From a virus (Duplodnaviria > Caudoviricetes), in the IMG/VR virus record IMGVR_UViG_3300049053_000107, positions 1-55,210 of that record: 55,210 bases of DNA; one strand, written 5' to 3'. Numbering within the stretch: position 1 is the stretch's first letter; each line of letters starts with the position of its first letter. Below, piece by piece: positions 46,981 through 55,210 of the stretch. Under the pieces are notes generated by a model. It had not been told where the DNA came from. It did not search any database and was given only the letters and a program-made list of their open reading frames with translations. The translations under genes were made by a program, and so were the position numbers.

Positions 46981-47352
46981 CTATTTATCAAACACCATGT
47001 AGTCTTTATACAGATCAATAAACTGTTTTACTGTGTACTCCGCTAAGTCTCTACTTTTGAAGCAAAGGCGGGAGCCAACACCCGAAGCCGCGTAGTAGTC
47101 ATAGACGCCGTCCAGCGAAAAGCCAGAGGGGTTACTTTTTGTTTTCTCCATATCAAACCAGGGATAGTACTTGTATTCATCATTGTTGTTCCAATCGGGT
47201 TTCCAACCATCGTTTATAACCTGAATAATTATAAACAGTTTTGCAAGTGCGATTAACGCTTTATTATGTGGATTATCAGGCAATGCAGGCACAGCTTTTT
47301 TAGGATCAATACCTAGCTTCTTACAAGCAGCTTCAAAAGTTTTTACTTTCAT
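46981..47352 (-). CDS. DGR target protein 1 (123 aa)
   Basis: Contains VR1 (SGFSLDGVYDYYAASGVGSRLC). Confidence 0.9.
   Translation of the reverse strand: MKVKTFEAACKKLGIDPKKAVPALPDNPHNKALIALAKLFIIIQVINDGWKPDWNNNDEYKYYPWFDMEKTKSNPSGFSLDGVYDYYAASGVGSRLCFKSRDLAEYTVKQFIDLYKDYMVFDK
47061..47127 (-). repeat. DGR variable repeat VR1
   Basis: 13 mismatches to TR in 67 bp, all at TR adenines. Confidence 0.93.
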
Positions 47353-47361
47353 TTTTAATAT

Positions 47362-47817
47362 TTATAAAGTGAAAAATTGTTTGTATAATTCAATAAATTG
47401 TTTAGCGGCATATTCTGCTAATTCCCTTGATTTGAAGCAAAGGCGGGAGCCAACACTCGAACCCGTGCAGGCGCCAGTGACGCTGAGCAGCGAAAAGCCA
47501 TTAGATTTATCCATGTAAAACCATGGGTAATACTTATATTCATTGCCATTATTCCAATTTGGTTTCCAACCTTCGTTTAAAGCAAGTATGATAATTTTCA
47601 GTTTTTTATAGGCTTCATCGTCGGGATCGTCCGTATTCGAAGCATGGAAACGCACACCTAACACTTCGCAAGCATCTTCAAATGTTTTTACACGATCAGT
47701 AATTTTTTGAGAAAAAAATTCTTTACCAAACGTATCTACTAACATTGTTTTAAATTCTGCTGAAGCTGAAGGGTAAAGTTTTCTAGCGTTTTCTTTATTT
47801 ATTTGTAAGGTTTGCAT
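47362..47817 (-). CDS. DGR target protein 2 (151 aa), paralog of target 1
   Basis: Shares VKTFE.AC, N.GWKP.W, EYKYYPWF and GSRLCFKSR.LAEY with target 1; contains VR2. Confidence 0.9.
   Translation of the reverse strand: MQTLQINKENARKLYPSASAEFKTMLVDTFGKEFFSQKITDRVKTFEDACEVLGVRFHASNTDDPDDEAYKKLKIIILALNEGWKPNWNNGNEYKYYPWFYMDKSNGFSLLSVTGACTGSSVGSRLCFKSRELAEYAAKQFIELYKQFFTL
47436..47500 (-). repeat. DGR variable repeat VR2
   Basis: 14 mismatches to TR in 65 bp, all at TR adenines. Confidence 0.93.
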
Positions 47818-47838
47818 ATTTATGTTTTAAAAGAGTTT

Positions 47839-47867
47839 AAAAAGGACCTGCCTGGAAAAGCAGGTCC
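47839..47867 (-). terminator. Rho-independent terminator after ssb
   Basis: GGACCTGC-N8-GCAGGTCC followed by TTTTT on the minus strand. Confidence 0.75.
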
Positions 47868-47894
47868 GTAGCCTAAACCGATCCGACAAAAAAA

Positions 47895-48437
47895 TTATTT
47901 CATAAAATCCTCATCCTCTACTTCCACTTCTGCAAAATCATCTTCTGCACTGCTTCTACCAGAAAGCGGAGTATCATCTTTTGCTTTCATCACATGGTTA
48001 AGTGAAAAGCCTACGCCCTTGCTGCCTTCTTTGTCATAAGGGAACGCAGTGATTGATACAAAAGCCCAGCAACCGCTATACACATCTTCCTTGTTCAAAA
48101 TCTTGTCGCGTTTGCCGTCTACAATACCAGGCTGCATTTTGGAAGAGGCATTAAGGAACATGCTTTTTAAATAAGCCTCGTCGTCCTTCTCTGCGTCACC
48201 GTCACGAAGCGGTTCTTTCAGCTTTTTAGGGATAACACCGCCCCACTTCTTTTTGCCTTCTTCCTTAGCGGCAAGTACCGCAGCTTCTACTTTGGCAATT
48301 GTCGCTTTGTCTTTCTTTGGGATGATAATAGAGGCAGCATACTTACCGTCCTTATTAGGTTCCCAAATCCATGCGTAACTAAGCCGCACCGGGCCTATTA
48401 CGATTTTTGTACTGTTTTGCTGTTTTTCAGTTGACAT
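47895..48437 (-). CDS. ssDNA-binding protein (DUF2815 / T7 gp2.5-like)
   Basis: VRLSYA.IWEP, PLRDGD, VYSGC and an acidic C-terminal tail. Confidence 0.85.
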   Translation of the reverse strand: MSTEKQQNSTKIVIGPVRLSYAWIWEPNKDGKYAASIIIPKKDKATIAKVEAAVLAAKEEGKKKWGGVIPKKLKEPLRDGDAEKDDEAYLKSMFLNASSKMQPGIVDGKRDKILNKEDVYSGCWAFVSITAFPYDKEGSKGVGFSLNHVMKAKDDTPLSGRSSAEDDFAEVEVEDEDFMK

Positions 48438-48569
48438 TTTTACGTTTTTAAATATTAAGAGTTATTGTGTCTTAGTTAAAAGAAGTAGGTAACATGGTAA
48501 GTCACTTTTGCCCTGTATTACTTTGGCACTGCCTTTAGTCATGCATCACCCTTTCGGGTTTGATGGTTC

Positions 48570-49751
48570 TCAGGCGCTACCTACTTCTATTTGTTCAAAA
48601 TCCTTAATTGCTGCAGCCGTACTATCTAATTCAGGCCGTTTGTCACTTTCAAATATCAGAGTTGGTTTGCCTTCAGGCTTCACTACTAAACCATTCAGCT
48701 TTTCAGTGAACACCGTTTTGCCAATCAGCTTTTCCATGGCGCCAATACCAAGCAACTTTTTTGTATAAATCTGATCCTGCTTAAAGCCTAATTTCTTTAC
48801 GGCAGTAGCTACTTTCTTTTCATCTGCATACACCCGGTTGCTGCGTCCTTCCACCAGCTTAAAGCCGGGCCACTTTTTACCAGTAACAGCCTGCTTCAGT
48901 GCATAATCTTCCACGGCAGTTAACCAGTTCTTTATTACGTCTGCTTTGCCCAATATCTCAGTAATAGTCTCTTCAGAAAGTAAATCGGGTTGTATGCCTG
49001 CAAACTCACTGGCAGCAAGTTCCATGTGCTTTTCACCATTGGCCCTGCAGGTAGCACGGGCACGGCAAAAGCGGCAATGTTCACCAGGAATAAATTCGCC
49101 GTCACCGGCAAATGCTTTTGCAGCAAGCGGTTTTAATTCCTTATCACCCCATTCTTTCAAATAGCCAACAGGTACTTGCCATTCTGTTATATTGTCAATA
49201 CGGGGTTGGTAAATGGTCATGCGCACTTCTTTGATGGAGTACAGAAAGTCGTGAGCTTCCAAAGCACCGAGCGCATACACCATCATTTGCTTATTGTTCT
49301 CAGCACTTACAGGCACACCCTTGCCATACTTCAAATCAGTGATTTCTAAAACACCGTCAGCAATGATCTGGTTGTCTATTGTGCCGAACCCCTCTTCTAT
49401 ATAGCTGCGTAAATCAACTTCTGATTCAAGAAGAATTGTAGCGTCCGAGGTATGCTGTTTTGCTTTTTCGAATCGGTCAATAACAAAAGCAGCATAATCA
49501 GAACAATAGTCAAACATTGCTTCATCATAGAAAACGTTACCGTGTATTTCTCTGAACGCATCGCTAAATTCTTTATCGCTGATCATGTTCAGCTTGTGTG
49601 CAAGCATTATTTCAGCCAGCTTATGTGCCAGTGTGCCTTCCTTTGCCACGTCGCTATCAGTGTCAGGAAACTGCTCTTCCAGTCTTGCGCTTTTAGAGCA
49701 CACAAGCCATCTACTTGCAGATGAAGGGGAAAGAATCGCATGCTTACCCAT
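48570..49751 (-). CDS. DUF2800-like (Cas4-like PD-(D/E)XK) nuclease
   Basis: HAILSPSSASRWLVC, GFGTID, DLKYGKG, QMMVYA and CRFCRARATC. Confidence 0.85.
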   Translation of the reverse strand: MGKHAILSPSSASRWLVCSKSARLEEQFPDTDSDVAKEGTLAHKLAEIMLAHKLNMISDKEFSDAFREIHGNVFYDEAMFDYCSDYAAFVIDRFEKAKQHTSDATILLESEVDLRSYIEEGFGTIDNQIIADGVLEITDLKYGKGVPVSAENNKQMMVYALGALEAHDFLYSIKEVRMTIYQPRIDNITEWQVPVGYLKEWGDKELKPLAAKAFAGDGEFIPGEHCRFCRARATCRANGEKHMELAASEFAGIQPDLLSEETITEILGKADVIKNWLTAVEDYALKQAVTGKKWPGFKLVEGRSNRVYADEKKVATAVKKLGFKQDQIYTKKLLGIGAMEKLIGKTVFTEKLNGLVVKPEGKPTLIFESDKRPELDSTAAAIKDFEQIEVGSA

Positions 49752-50167
49752 TACAGTGCGTTTAGGTCGTTGATAAATGCGGCTCTGTCTTTCTCTGCCA
49801 CTTCGGACACTGAAGGATAGCCGTATTTGTCCAGGATGGCTTTTACTTTCTTATTATCCTTTGTTCTCTCAGCAGCTTTTTTAGCAGCAGCACGTAACTG
49901 TTCCAACGTAACTTTTACGTCCGGGGCACTGTGTACAAAATGGGCTTCAGTTTCTTCGTCCTTTTCATCTTCATTTTGCGTCGATGCAGGCGTAGAAGTT
50001 TGTTGTAATGGTAATTCGGGAACAGGCTTTTTGCTCCTGCCTTTTGAGGTCTTTGGAGATTCAACAATAGGCTCAGAAGTTTCTTTGATACCAACCAGGG
50101 CATTAGTCAGGCCTTGCAATAATTCTGCAAGTTCAGGCGAAGGGGTAATTGTTAATGTGAAGTTCAT
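49751..50167 (-). CDS. Replication-module hypothetical protein
   Basis: C-terminal VTLEQLR...VKAILDKYG..SVSEV pattern; coupled to the DUF2800 gene. Confidence 0.65.
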   Translation of the reverse strand: MNFTLTITPSPELAELLQGLTNALVGIKETSEPIVESPKTSKGRSKKPVPELPLQQTSTPASTQNEDEKDEETEAHFVHSAPDVKVTLEQLRAAAKKAAERTKDNKKVKAILDKYGYPSVSEVAEKDRAAFINDLNAL

Positions 50168-50278
50168 ATTTGTAAATTGATTGTTAACGATTTCGGTTGT
50201 GCATTCACGTTACTTTAACAGGATAGGGCCTAAAAAAGGCCTCTGTAGACACAAAGGCCGTGTTCTTTGACTTTGAAA

Positions 50279-50542
50279 TTATACTGTGCTGATACTAAAA
50301 TTTTCAGTTAGCTCTACTTCTAAAATGGCATCATAAGCACTCTCACCTATAATAAGTTTAGTAAGTGTTGGACTAACATCTGCCTGTTGCTGTACGTGCT
50401 GAATAAACAAATCCAGTTTATCAGGTGTGTTAATTGATTTGATCGCATGCACATAAGGGTTATCGCCCTGTACGGCTTGCAGCTTATCGTAAATCCGTTT
50501 TCTTTTGTCGTCAAGTTTTGCTTTATCTTGTTCAGTAAGCAT
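50279..50542 (-). CDS. Hypothetical protein
   Basis: 87-aa ORF. Confidence 0.5.
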   Translation of the reverse strand: MLTEQDKAKLDDKRKRIYDKLQAVQGDNPYVHAIKSINTPDKLDLFIQHVQQQADVSPTLTKLIIGESAYDAILEVELTENFSISTV

Positions 50543-50672
50543 AAGATATTTGGTTTAGTTTTTTATCACTTTTAATTTGCCTTTACTGTTAATCCGCATT
50601 TTTCTTTTTGGTGGGATGCTTAACAAGCAACACAGTAAAAAGCCGGTTATGAATCCTATTAAAAACATAGGT

Positions 50673-50888
50673 TTAGTATTTTCTTGAGGCTGATAATTTC
50701 CAAACTTTTAAACAGCTATCTGACAATGCTGTAAACTTCTTTTTCCTTTCCCACTTCTGTACATTTTCGGGTGTTGCTTTTGGGCATATTGCACAACCAA
50801 AAACAGCAGTAAGCACCAGTGTCCAGATTATGATACTGATAATTGTAACTACAATCCAGGTAAGGCCTTTTACTGCTGCTGGTTTCAT
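50673..50888 (-). CDS. Small membrane protein, possibly a lipoprotein
   Basis: ATG at 50888 overlaps the MTase stop; hydrophobic stretch then VFG-C. Confidence 0.45.
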   Translation of the reverse strand: MKPAAVKGLTWIVVTIISIIIWTLVLTAVFGCAICPKATPENVQKWERKKKFTALSDSCLKVWKLSASRKY

Positions 50889-51619
50889 TACGCTGCTTTT
50901 AATTTTTTGTGCGCTATATAATCGCTCCATTGCTTAGCTATTGCATACCCAATCCCTTCATATGTTTTGCTCCTTTTCTTACCTCTGTCGTCGCAAGGGC
51001 TCTCTCTGTTTTGGCCGCTATCGGTTTGGTTAGCCCATCTTTTTTTGCCGTTAACAATTCTTGGTTCTATTAAAAAGGTTGGTTCTAACAGCGGTAGGTT
51101 TTGAAGCCACAAACAAGTAGACTTGCTCGCATCATGACCAAATTGATAGGGCTGAATAATTTGCGACGGCTGAACACCGATAGTTCTTTTCGGAAACACC
51201 TCCCATCTTTCGGATCCTATGCCGCCAACATATCTAAAAATCCTTGTGCTAATGCAACCAATAGGGTTTTCAATGGCTATAAAATCTATCGGTGCATTCA
51301 TAAGGCGTTTTACAAATTCAAGTGCTTTTTCTCTCGCTTGTCGCCGCGCTTCACCTACCAATGTTGACGACTTTACTTTTTGATGATAAGGCCCATCACT
51401 ATACGCCCATTCAGCAGATACAGTGAGATAAGTACAAGGCGGATGAGCAATCATTAAATCCCATCCTTCATTTAAATGGTTCAACACATCGTCTTTTATA
51501 TGCCATTCGGGATGTCCGCCACTGCAATCAAGTACATCACATGAATAGGCCTCGTGTCCTAACCCACGAAAAGCTTTACACACGACCTGGCTTTCTTCAC
51601 ATGCGATAAGAATTTTCAT
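50888..51619 (-). CDS. Compact DNA cytosine-5 methyltransferase
   Basis: LIACEES, AHPPCTY, IAIENP and RSKTY.G motifs. Confidence 0.8.
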   Translation of the reverse strand: MKILIACEESQVVCKAFRGLGHEAYSCDVLDCSGGHPEWHIKDDVLNHLNEGWDLMIAHPPCTYLTVSAEWAYSDGPYHQKVKSSTLVGEARRQAREKALEFVKRLMNAPIDFIAIENPIGCISTRIFRYVGGIGSERWEVFPKRTIGVQPSQIIQPYQFGHDASKSTCLWLQNLPLLEPTFLIEPRIVNGKKRWANQTDSGQNRESPCDDRGKKRSKTYEGIGYAIAKQWSDYIAHKKLKAA

Positions 51620-51837
51620 TACGCTGTGTGTTTACTCGGTGAAAAAAGAGGTAATACTTTACCTTTTGTTTTTTTGAGTTTGATCACTTTATTAACGATC
51701 TCCTGCAAATCTTCTTTCTCAATGCTTACTGCCACCAGCAAGCTTCTGCTCATTGCAGTGCTTTCTCCAATTACTTTGTACTTCATACCTTCAATAAGTG
51801 GTAAGTCGTCTGGTTCAATAACAATTGCGCCGGTCAT
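51619..51837 (-). CDS. Hypothetical protein
   Basis: Stop overlaps the MTase ATG. Confidence 0.5.
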   Translation of the reverse strand: MTGAIVIEPDDLPLIEGMKYKVIGESTAMSRSLLVAVSIEKEDLQEIVNKVIKLKKTKGKVLPLFSPSKHTA

Positions 51838-51985
51838 GGTCTAGGTTAGTTTTAGTTATATCTCATTGCGTATTCCAGGTACAGCATTTTAGCAACTATC
51901 ATATCGTTTTCATTTTCAAAAGGAAGTTCAACAGCTTTGGCATACTGCTTTACACAACCCATAAACGATATGTGGTAAAGCTGAA

Positions 51986-52162
51986 TCATACGGCAAGCGA
52001 TCGTGCGAACTTTTTAATTTCTTCAGTAATACAATTCTTAGCCTGGTCAATCGTGTCAAAGGTTTCTCCCAAGGCTTCCCATTTACCATTGTCTGTTTTC
52101 TTAATTAGACAACCCTTGTAATTGATGAAATTCAGGCTCATTATTTTGTTCAACTCTTCCAT
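51986..52162 (-). CDS. 58-aa hypothetical protein (not in ORF track)
   Basis: MEELNKIMSLNFINYKGCLIKKTDNGKWEALGETFDTIDQAKNCI... Confidence 0.45.
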   Translation of the reverse strand: MEELNKIMSLNFINYKGCLIKKTDNGKWEALGETFDTIDQAKNCITEEIKKFARSLAV

Positions 52163-52385
52163 ATTCCTTTTTTATAAAAACTTCGTTTATGCTTTCCAGT
52201 AAGTACCAAAATCCATCTTTCTTTTTCTCCCATTTCACATAACCGTTTCGCCTTGCTACTCTCATTCCTTCCTGATCCCAACCTGTCAGCTTTGTAATTA
52301 CCGGCGACTTCACCCACGTCTTTTTTTGTGTTGTCAGTTCCTTAACCAATCGCTCTAACTTCTTAACTCTTTCTTCCAGTTCCAT
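52101..52385 (-). CDS. Excisionase-like/HTH DNA-binding protein
   Basis: Short coiled coil, then WVK..VITKLTGW....MR.AR..G.V; position after cro. Confidence 0.45.
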   Translation of the reverse strand: MELEERVKKLERLVKELTTQKKTWVKSPVITKLTGWDQEGMRVARRNGYVKWEKKKDGFWYLLESINEVFIKKEYGRVEQNNEPEFHQLQGLSN

Positions 52386-52439
52386 TGTGATTAAGTTAAC
52401 AGGGGCTTTAGATTTTAGTTTTCAAACGGTTATCTAGTT

Positions 52440-52664
52440 TTATGCTGTTAAACCACCACGCACTTTAGCTATCGTTTCAGGTAATGCTGTACCTCTGGCT
52501 ATCAGGTCTCTTATGGTGCTTTCGTGTAAATCCACTTTCCTTGCAAACGCCCGGAGTTTTCCATAGCCAAGCGTGATCTGCCTTAGCGCTTTAAGTTCTT
52601 GCGTGGTTAATTCTTCTATGACAAAACCCTCTTGGTTTTCGATATTGAGCTTAGAATCGTACAT
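52440..52664 (-). CDS. Cro-like HTH protein
   Basis: LRAFARKVDLHESTIRDLIARG; divergent from the repressor. Confidence 0.65.
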   Translation of the reverse strand: MYDSKLNIENQEGFVIEELTTQELKALRQITLGYGKLRAFARKVDLHESTIRDLIARGTALPETIAKVRGGLTA

Positions 52665-52700
52665 TTAATTCAAGTTTGGATTGTAGTAACAATTACAACT

Positions 52701-52733
52701 CAAATATACGGGAAGTAATTTCCCATTTCCAAA
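52701..52733 (-). promoter_or_regulatory. Early promoter with an operator palindrome in its spacer
   Basis: Minus-strand TTTG-N21-TATATTTG; GGGAA-N5-TTCCC at 52710-52724. Confidence 0.65.
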
Positions 52734-52777
52734 TATTTCGGGAACTATTTTTACATATTTATTTTAATAATACTTAA

Positions 52778-53197
52778 TTGGCTGAAGAAACTTTACTTAA
52801 TACGATTGGAGCAAGACTAAAGAAAGTACAGGCGGACTTAAACCTGAAGGTTGAGGATATGGCTATTAAAATAGGCATGGATAGAGGCCAGCTCGGAAAG
52901 GTTTTAAATGATAAGTTGGGTGTTACCACAAAGCAGGTCTTAGAAATTAGTTCCCAATTCGGTGTAAGAACGGGGTGGATTTTAGAAGGAGAGTTACCTG
53001 TATATGTGCAAAAAAAATCCGGCAACCAGGAGTTACCGGATCATTACTTACCAACCCTAAGTAAACACGTTAGTCAAGCTTTTTCTAATTTACAGGAAGC
53101 CATGAAAATGCTTCCGCAACCAATGGGGCCAGAAATAACCGCCGTTGGGGATGCGGCTTTTCGGAAGGGCAAAAAGAATAAGCAAGAAAAGCAATAG
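52778..53197 (+). CDS. CI-like repressor (XRE HTH, no obvious S24 peptidase domain)
   Basis: IGARLKKV...MAIKIGMDRGQLGKV...WILEGE; TTG start. Confidence 0.75.
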   Translation: MAEETLLNTIGARLKKVQADLNLKVEDMAIKIGMDRGQLGKVLNDKLGVTTKQVLEISSQFGVRTGWILEGELPVYVQKKSGNQELPDHYLPTLSKHVSQAFSNLQEAMKMLPQPMGPEITAVGDAAFRKGKKNKQEKQ

Positions 53198-53561
53198 GGC
53201 ATTTGTGTTTAAATGGGCAATTGCTACATTTTGTCGTAGTGCTCAAATTAGCGCTCATAGTACTCGATTTTTTGTTGATGCCACCTTAAAAGAAGCCAGA
53301 TGCCCTGTTCCGGTATTTCTAAAAAGGACGTCGAAGATAAGGCTAAATGCTAATTTTTTTAGCGGTTGTTTTGATGTTAAATAAACACTATTTATTAACA
53401 GGTTTTTCCACATATCGGTGTTTTATAGGTTAGCAAAAAGAAGGGCCGAAGATCGTTGGAGAGCATGGTAATTAATCTTATAACTGGTTAATTGGTGTTA
53501 AAACATGGATGAGTTGGAAACTGTTTAACTAAGATATTATTTTACTCTAAAAATTTTAAAC

Positions 53562-54017
53562 ATGAAATCAATTTTGACTTTGACAGTGTTACTTTTTACA
53601 ATAACTTCTTTTGCTCAAATACAAGTAGGCGAACCTGAAAAAAGAGTAGTTGTAAGTGAGTTAAAGCCTATGGGTAAGTTCACCGCAGAACTGTCTTATA
53701 AATTAGAAGGGAGAGATACTTTGTACAGATTGATGTTAGCGAATGATAAGTTCAAAACATTAACCGATTTATACTCCGTTCACTTCAGTGGTGAGGAAGG
53801 TACACTTGATAAACTGTACAGCATAATGAAATCGGTTTTCGCAAAAGAGAATGCTAAAAATAAGGAATACAAAGTAAATTTTAAATTAGGCGAAACTGAA
53901 GTTATTGTAAGCAATTACAGAACAACAGGTATTACTTTTTGTATGTTTTTTACTACTGAAGGTTATACGCTTCTTAATGAAAAAAGCATTGATAAGTTAT
54001 TTGCTAAAGGTAAATGA
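53562..54017 (+). CDS. Secreted moron protein
   Basis: MKSILTLTVLLFTITSFA|Q signal peptide; between repressor and integrase. Confidence 0.7.
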   Translation: MKSILTLTVLLFTITSFAQIQVGEPEKRVVVSELKPMGKFTAELSYKLEGRDTLYRLMLANDKFKTLTDLYSVHFSGEEGTLDKLYSIMKSVFAKENAKNKEYKVNFKLGETEVIVSNYRTTGITFCMFFTTEGYTLLNEKSIDKLFAKGK

Positions 54018-54115
54018 GACGTAATCCTTACAACTCAAATGATCGGTGGATAGGCACTTTAGTTTTCGGAGTGATCGCTTGTATTGTTGCAGTTATAGCA
54101 AAGGCTTGTTCATAA
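54014..54115 (+). CDS. 33-aa single-TM peptide (not in ORF track)
   Basis: ATGA overlap with the upstream gene; MRRNPYNSNDRWIGTLVFGVIACIVAVIAKACS. Confidence 0.4.
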   Translation: MRRNPYNSNDRWIGTLVFGVIACIVAVIAKACS

Positions 54116-55210
54116 ATCTTTCCAGGCTTTATCAGTTTCCAATCGTATTTTCTCAGGAGTGATATAGCTGTAGTTTTTTTCAAACACAGCAAGCGTTATA
54201 CCCATAAGCTTAGCAGCCGTTTCAGAACTTACACCGCGTTCTAAACACATGGTTACTGCGAATGTCTTACGTCCGCAATGGGTAGTTAGTTTTTTATCAA
54301 TCTTCAAATACCCAGCGATCTTTTTAAGGTGTGCATTTATAGTAGGTTCGGACAAATATAATTTTGTTTCTTTCATCATTTTCAGCACTTCCAAAAGTCG
54401 AATATGCAGAGGGACATTTACCCAGACTTTGTTTTTTGCAGCTCTGAGCGATATGTTCCGTTCTTTTATTTTAGCCTCAACAAATTCTTTCCAATCACTT
54501 AACCTGAGCCCGGTATAACAAGCGAATAAAAAATACAGTGCGGATTGCTTCAGTGTAGCATGATCTGTTTCTACAGTATACTCATGCCATTTAATAACTT
54601 CTTTAAAAGTCAGATATGCTTTATTGCCTCCTGTAGTTTTAGGCATTTCGAATTGAGAGAAAGGATACACTTCAATTATCCCTTTTTTCCTGGCTGCATT
54701 AAACAGGGTACGGATCGTTCTAAATATAAGATTGCGATAATTTCCTTTATTGTCTGTGCCTTGCCTGGTTTTTACATTTTTAGGGTCCTGCATCCACTCA
54801 TCAAAATTGGTTAAGAAATCAACAGTTATTTCTTCAAAGGAAAGCAATTCACCTGCGTACTCTTTTAATTTACGTAAGTGTTTATCGTAGTTAGTAAGTG
54901 TAGATCTTGATTTATTATTTTTCACCTGGCGTTTGAACTGTTCAGCAAATTGGTAAATGTCATGTAGTTTACCGGCATGTAGATCCTTCACTCCTTTCGC
55001 TGATAAACCTTTACCTTTTACACTGGCGTTTATCAACTCCTGCAGTACTTCTTTTTTCTTATTGGTAATGTCCAGGTTAATTTGAGCATGCAGTTTATGC
55101 GCTTCTTTCACTAACTCTAAATTTGCATCCCACATTTTTGGTGGTATGGAATAACCAGTAGATGTGAATGAAGTTTTACGATTGACAGTAACACGTAAAT
55201 AAATAGGCAT
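54110..55210 (-). CDS. int: Tyrosine recombinase/integrase; 5' end may extend beyond the window
   Basis: PIYLRVT arm-binding start, SAM-like domain, YTGLRLSD, HCGRKTF and C-terminal Tyr. Confidence 0.92.
   Translation of the reverse strand: MPIYLRVTVNRKTSFTSTGYSIPPKMWDANLELVKEAHKLHAQINLDITNKKKEVLQELINASVKGKGLSAKGVKDLHAGKLHDIYQFAEQFKRQVKNNKSRSTLTNYDKHLRKLKEYAGELLSFEEITVDFLTNFDEWMQDPKNVKTRQGTDNKGNYRNLIFRTIRTLFNAARKKGIIEVYPFSQFEMPKTTGGNKAYLTFKEVIKWHEYTVETDHATLKQSALYFLFACYTGLRLSDWKEFVEAKIKERNISLRAAKNKVWVNVPLHIRLLEVLKMMKETKLYLSEPTINAHLKKIAGYLKIDKKLTTHCGRKTFAVTMCLERGVSSETAAKLMGITLAVFEKNYSYITPEKIRLETDKAWKDL

Larger units (their letters stand above)
45819..47817 (-). mobile_element. Diversity-generating retroelement (target2-target1-TR-RT)
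   Basis: All TR/VR mismatches fall at template adenines. Confidence 0.95.
1..55210 (-). mobile_element. Temperate siphovirus-like prophage, probably of a Bacteroidota host; att sites lie outside the window
   Basis: Integrase, repressor/cro, replication, terminase, portal, capsid, tape measure and lysis genes in coherent modular order. Confidence 0.93.

Noticed and set aside
47047-47052. Fifth AGAGAC hairpin downstream of VR1
   Set aside because: The hexamer is inside a CDS and its flanks do not pair around it
48570-49751. Cas4-like gene as part of a CRISPR-Cas system
   Set aside because: No other cas genes or array; it sits in the usual DUF2800-SSB-PolA phage module
53198-53561. tRNA, ncRNA or att site in the gap after the repressor
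   Set aside because: No cloverleaf, strong structure or terminal direct repeat recognised; the window ends at gene boundaries, so att sites cannot be seen

Overview
The window is a near-complete (~55 kb) temperate siphovirus-type prophage, almost all on the minus strand. The host is inferred to be Bacteroidota from TTTG-N19-21-TAnnTTTG promoters, signal peptides cleaved before Gln, and a SprB-like repeat. From right to left: tyrosine integrase, cI/cro-like switch, C5 methyltransferase, a replication module (DUF2800-like nuclease, DUF2815-like SSB, PolA, adenine MTase, primase-VirE ATPase, VRR-NUC, SNF2 helicase), an inverted accessory cassette, terminase, head/tail genes, tape measure, fibre-like proteins, a large lysis cassette and a GH-A glycosidase. 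The main result is a compact diversity-generating retroelement (RT, a 67-bp template repeat and two variable repeats, with every mismatch at a template adenine). It lies between ssb and polA, has no avd gene, and diversifies two small non-structural proteins rather than a tail fibre. Other unexplained structure: a covarying AGAGAC-loop hairpin in the leaders of four major virion genes; tail-fibre-like proteins with Sec or lipoprotein signal peptides; 27-bp sites bracketing accessory genes; a repeated TGTCAATC gene leader; and an ethylene-receptor-like membrane domain in the lysis cassette. All family assignments come from motif recognition by eye, not from database searches.
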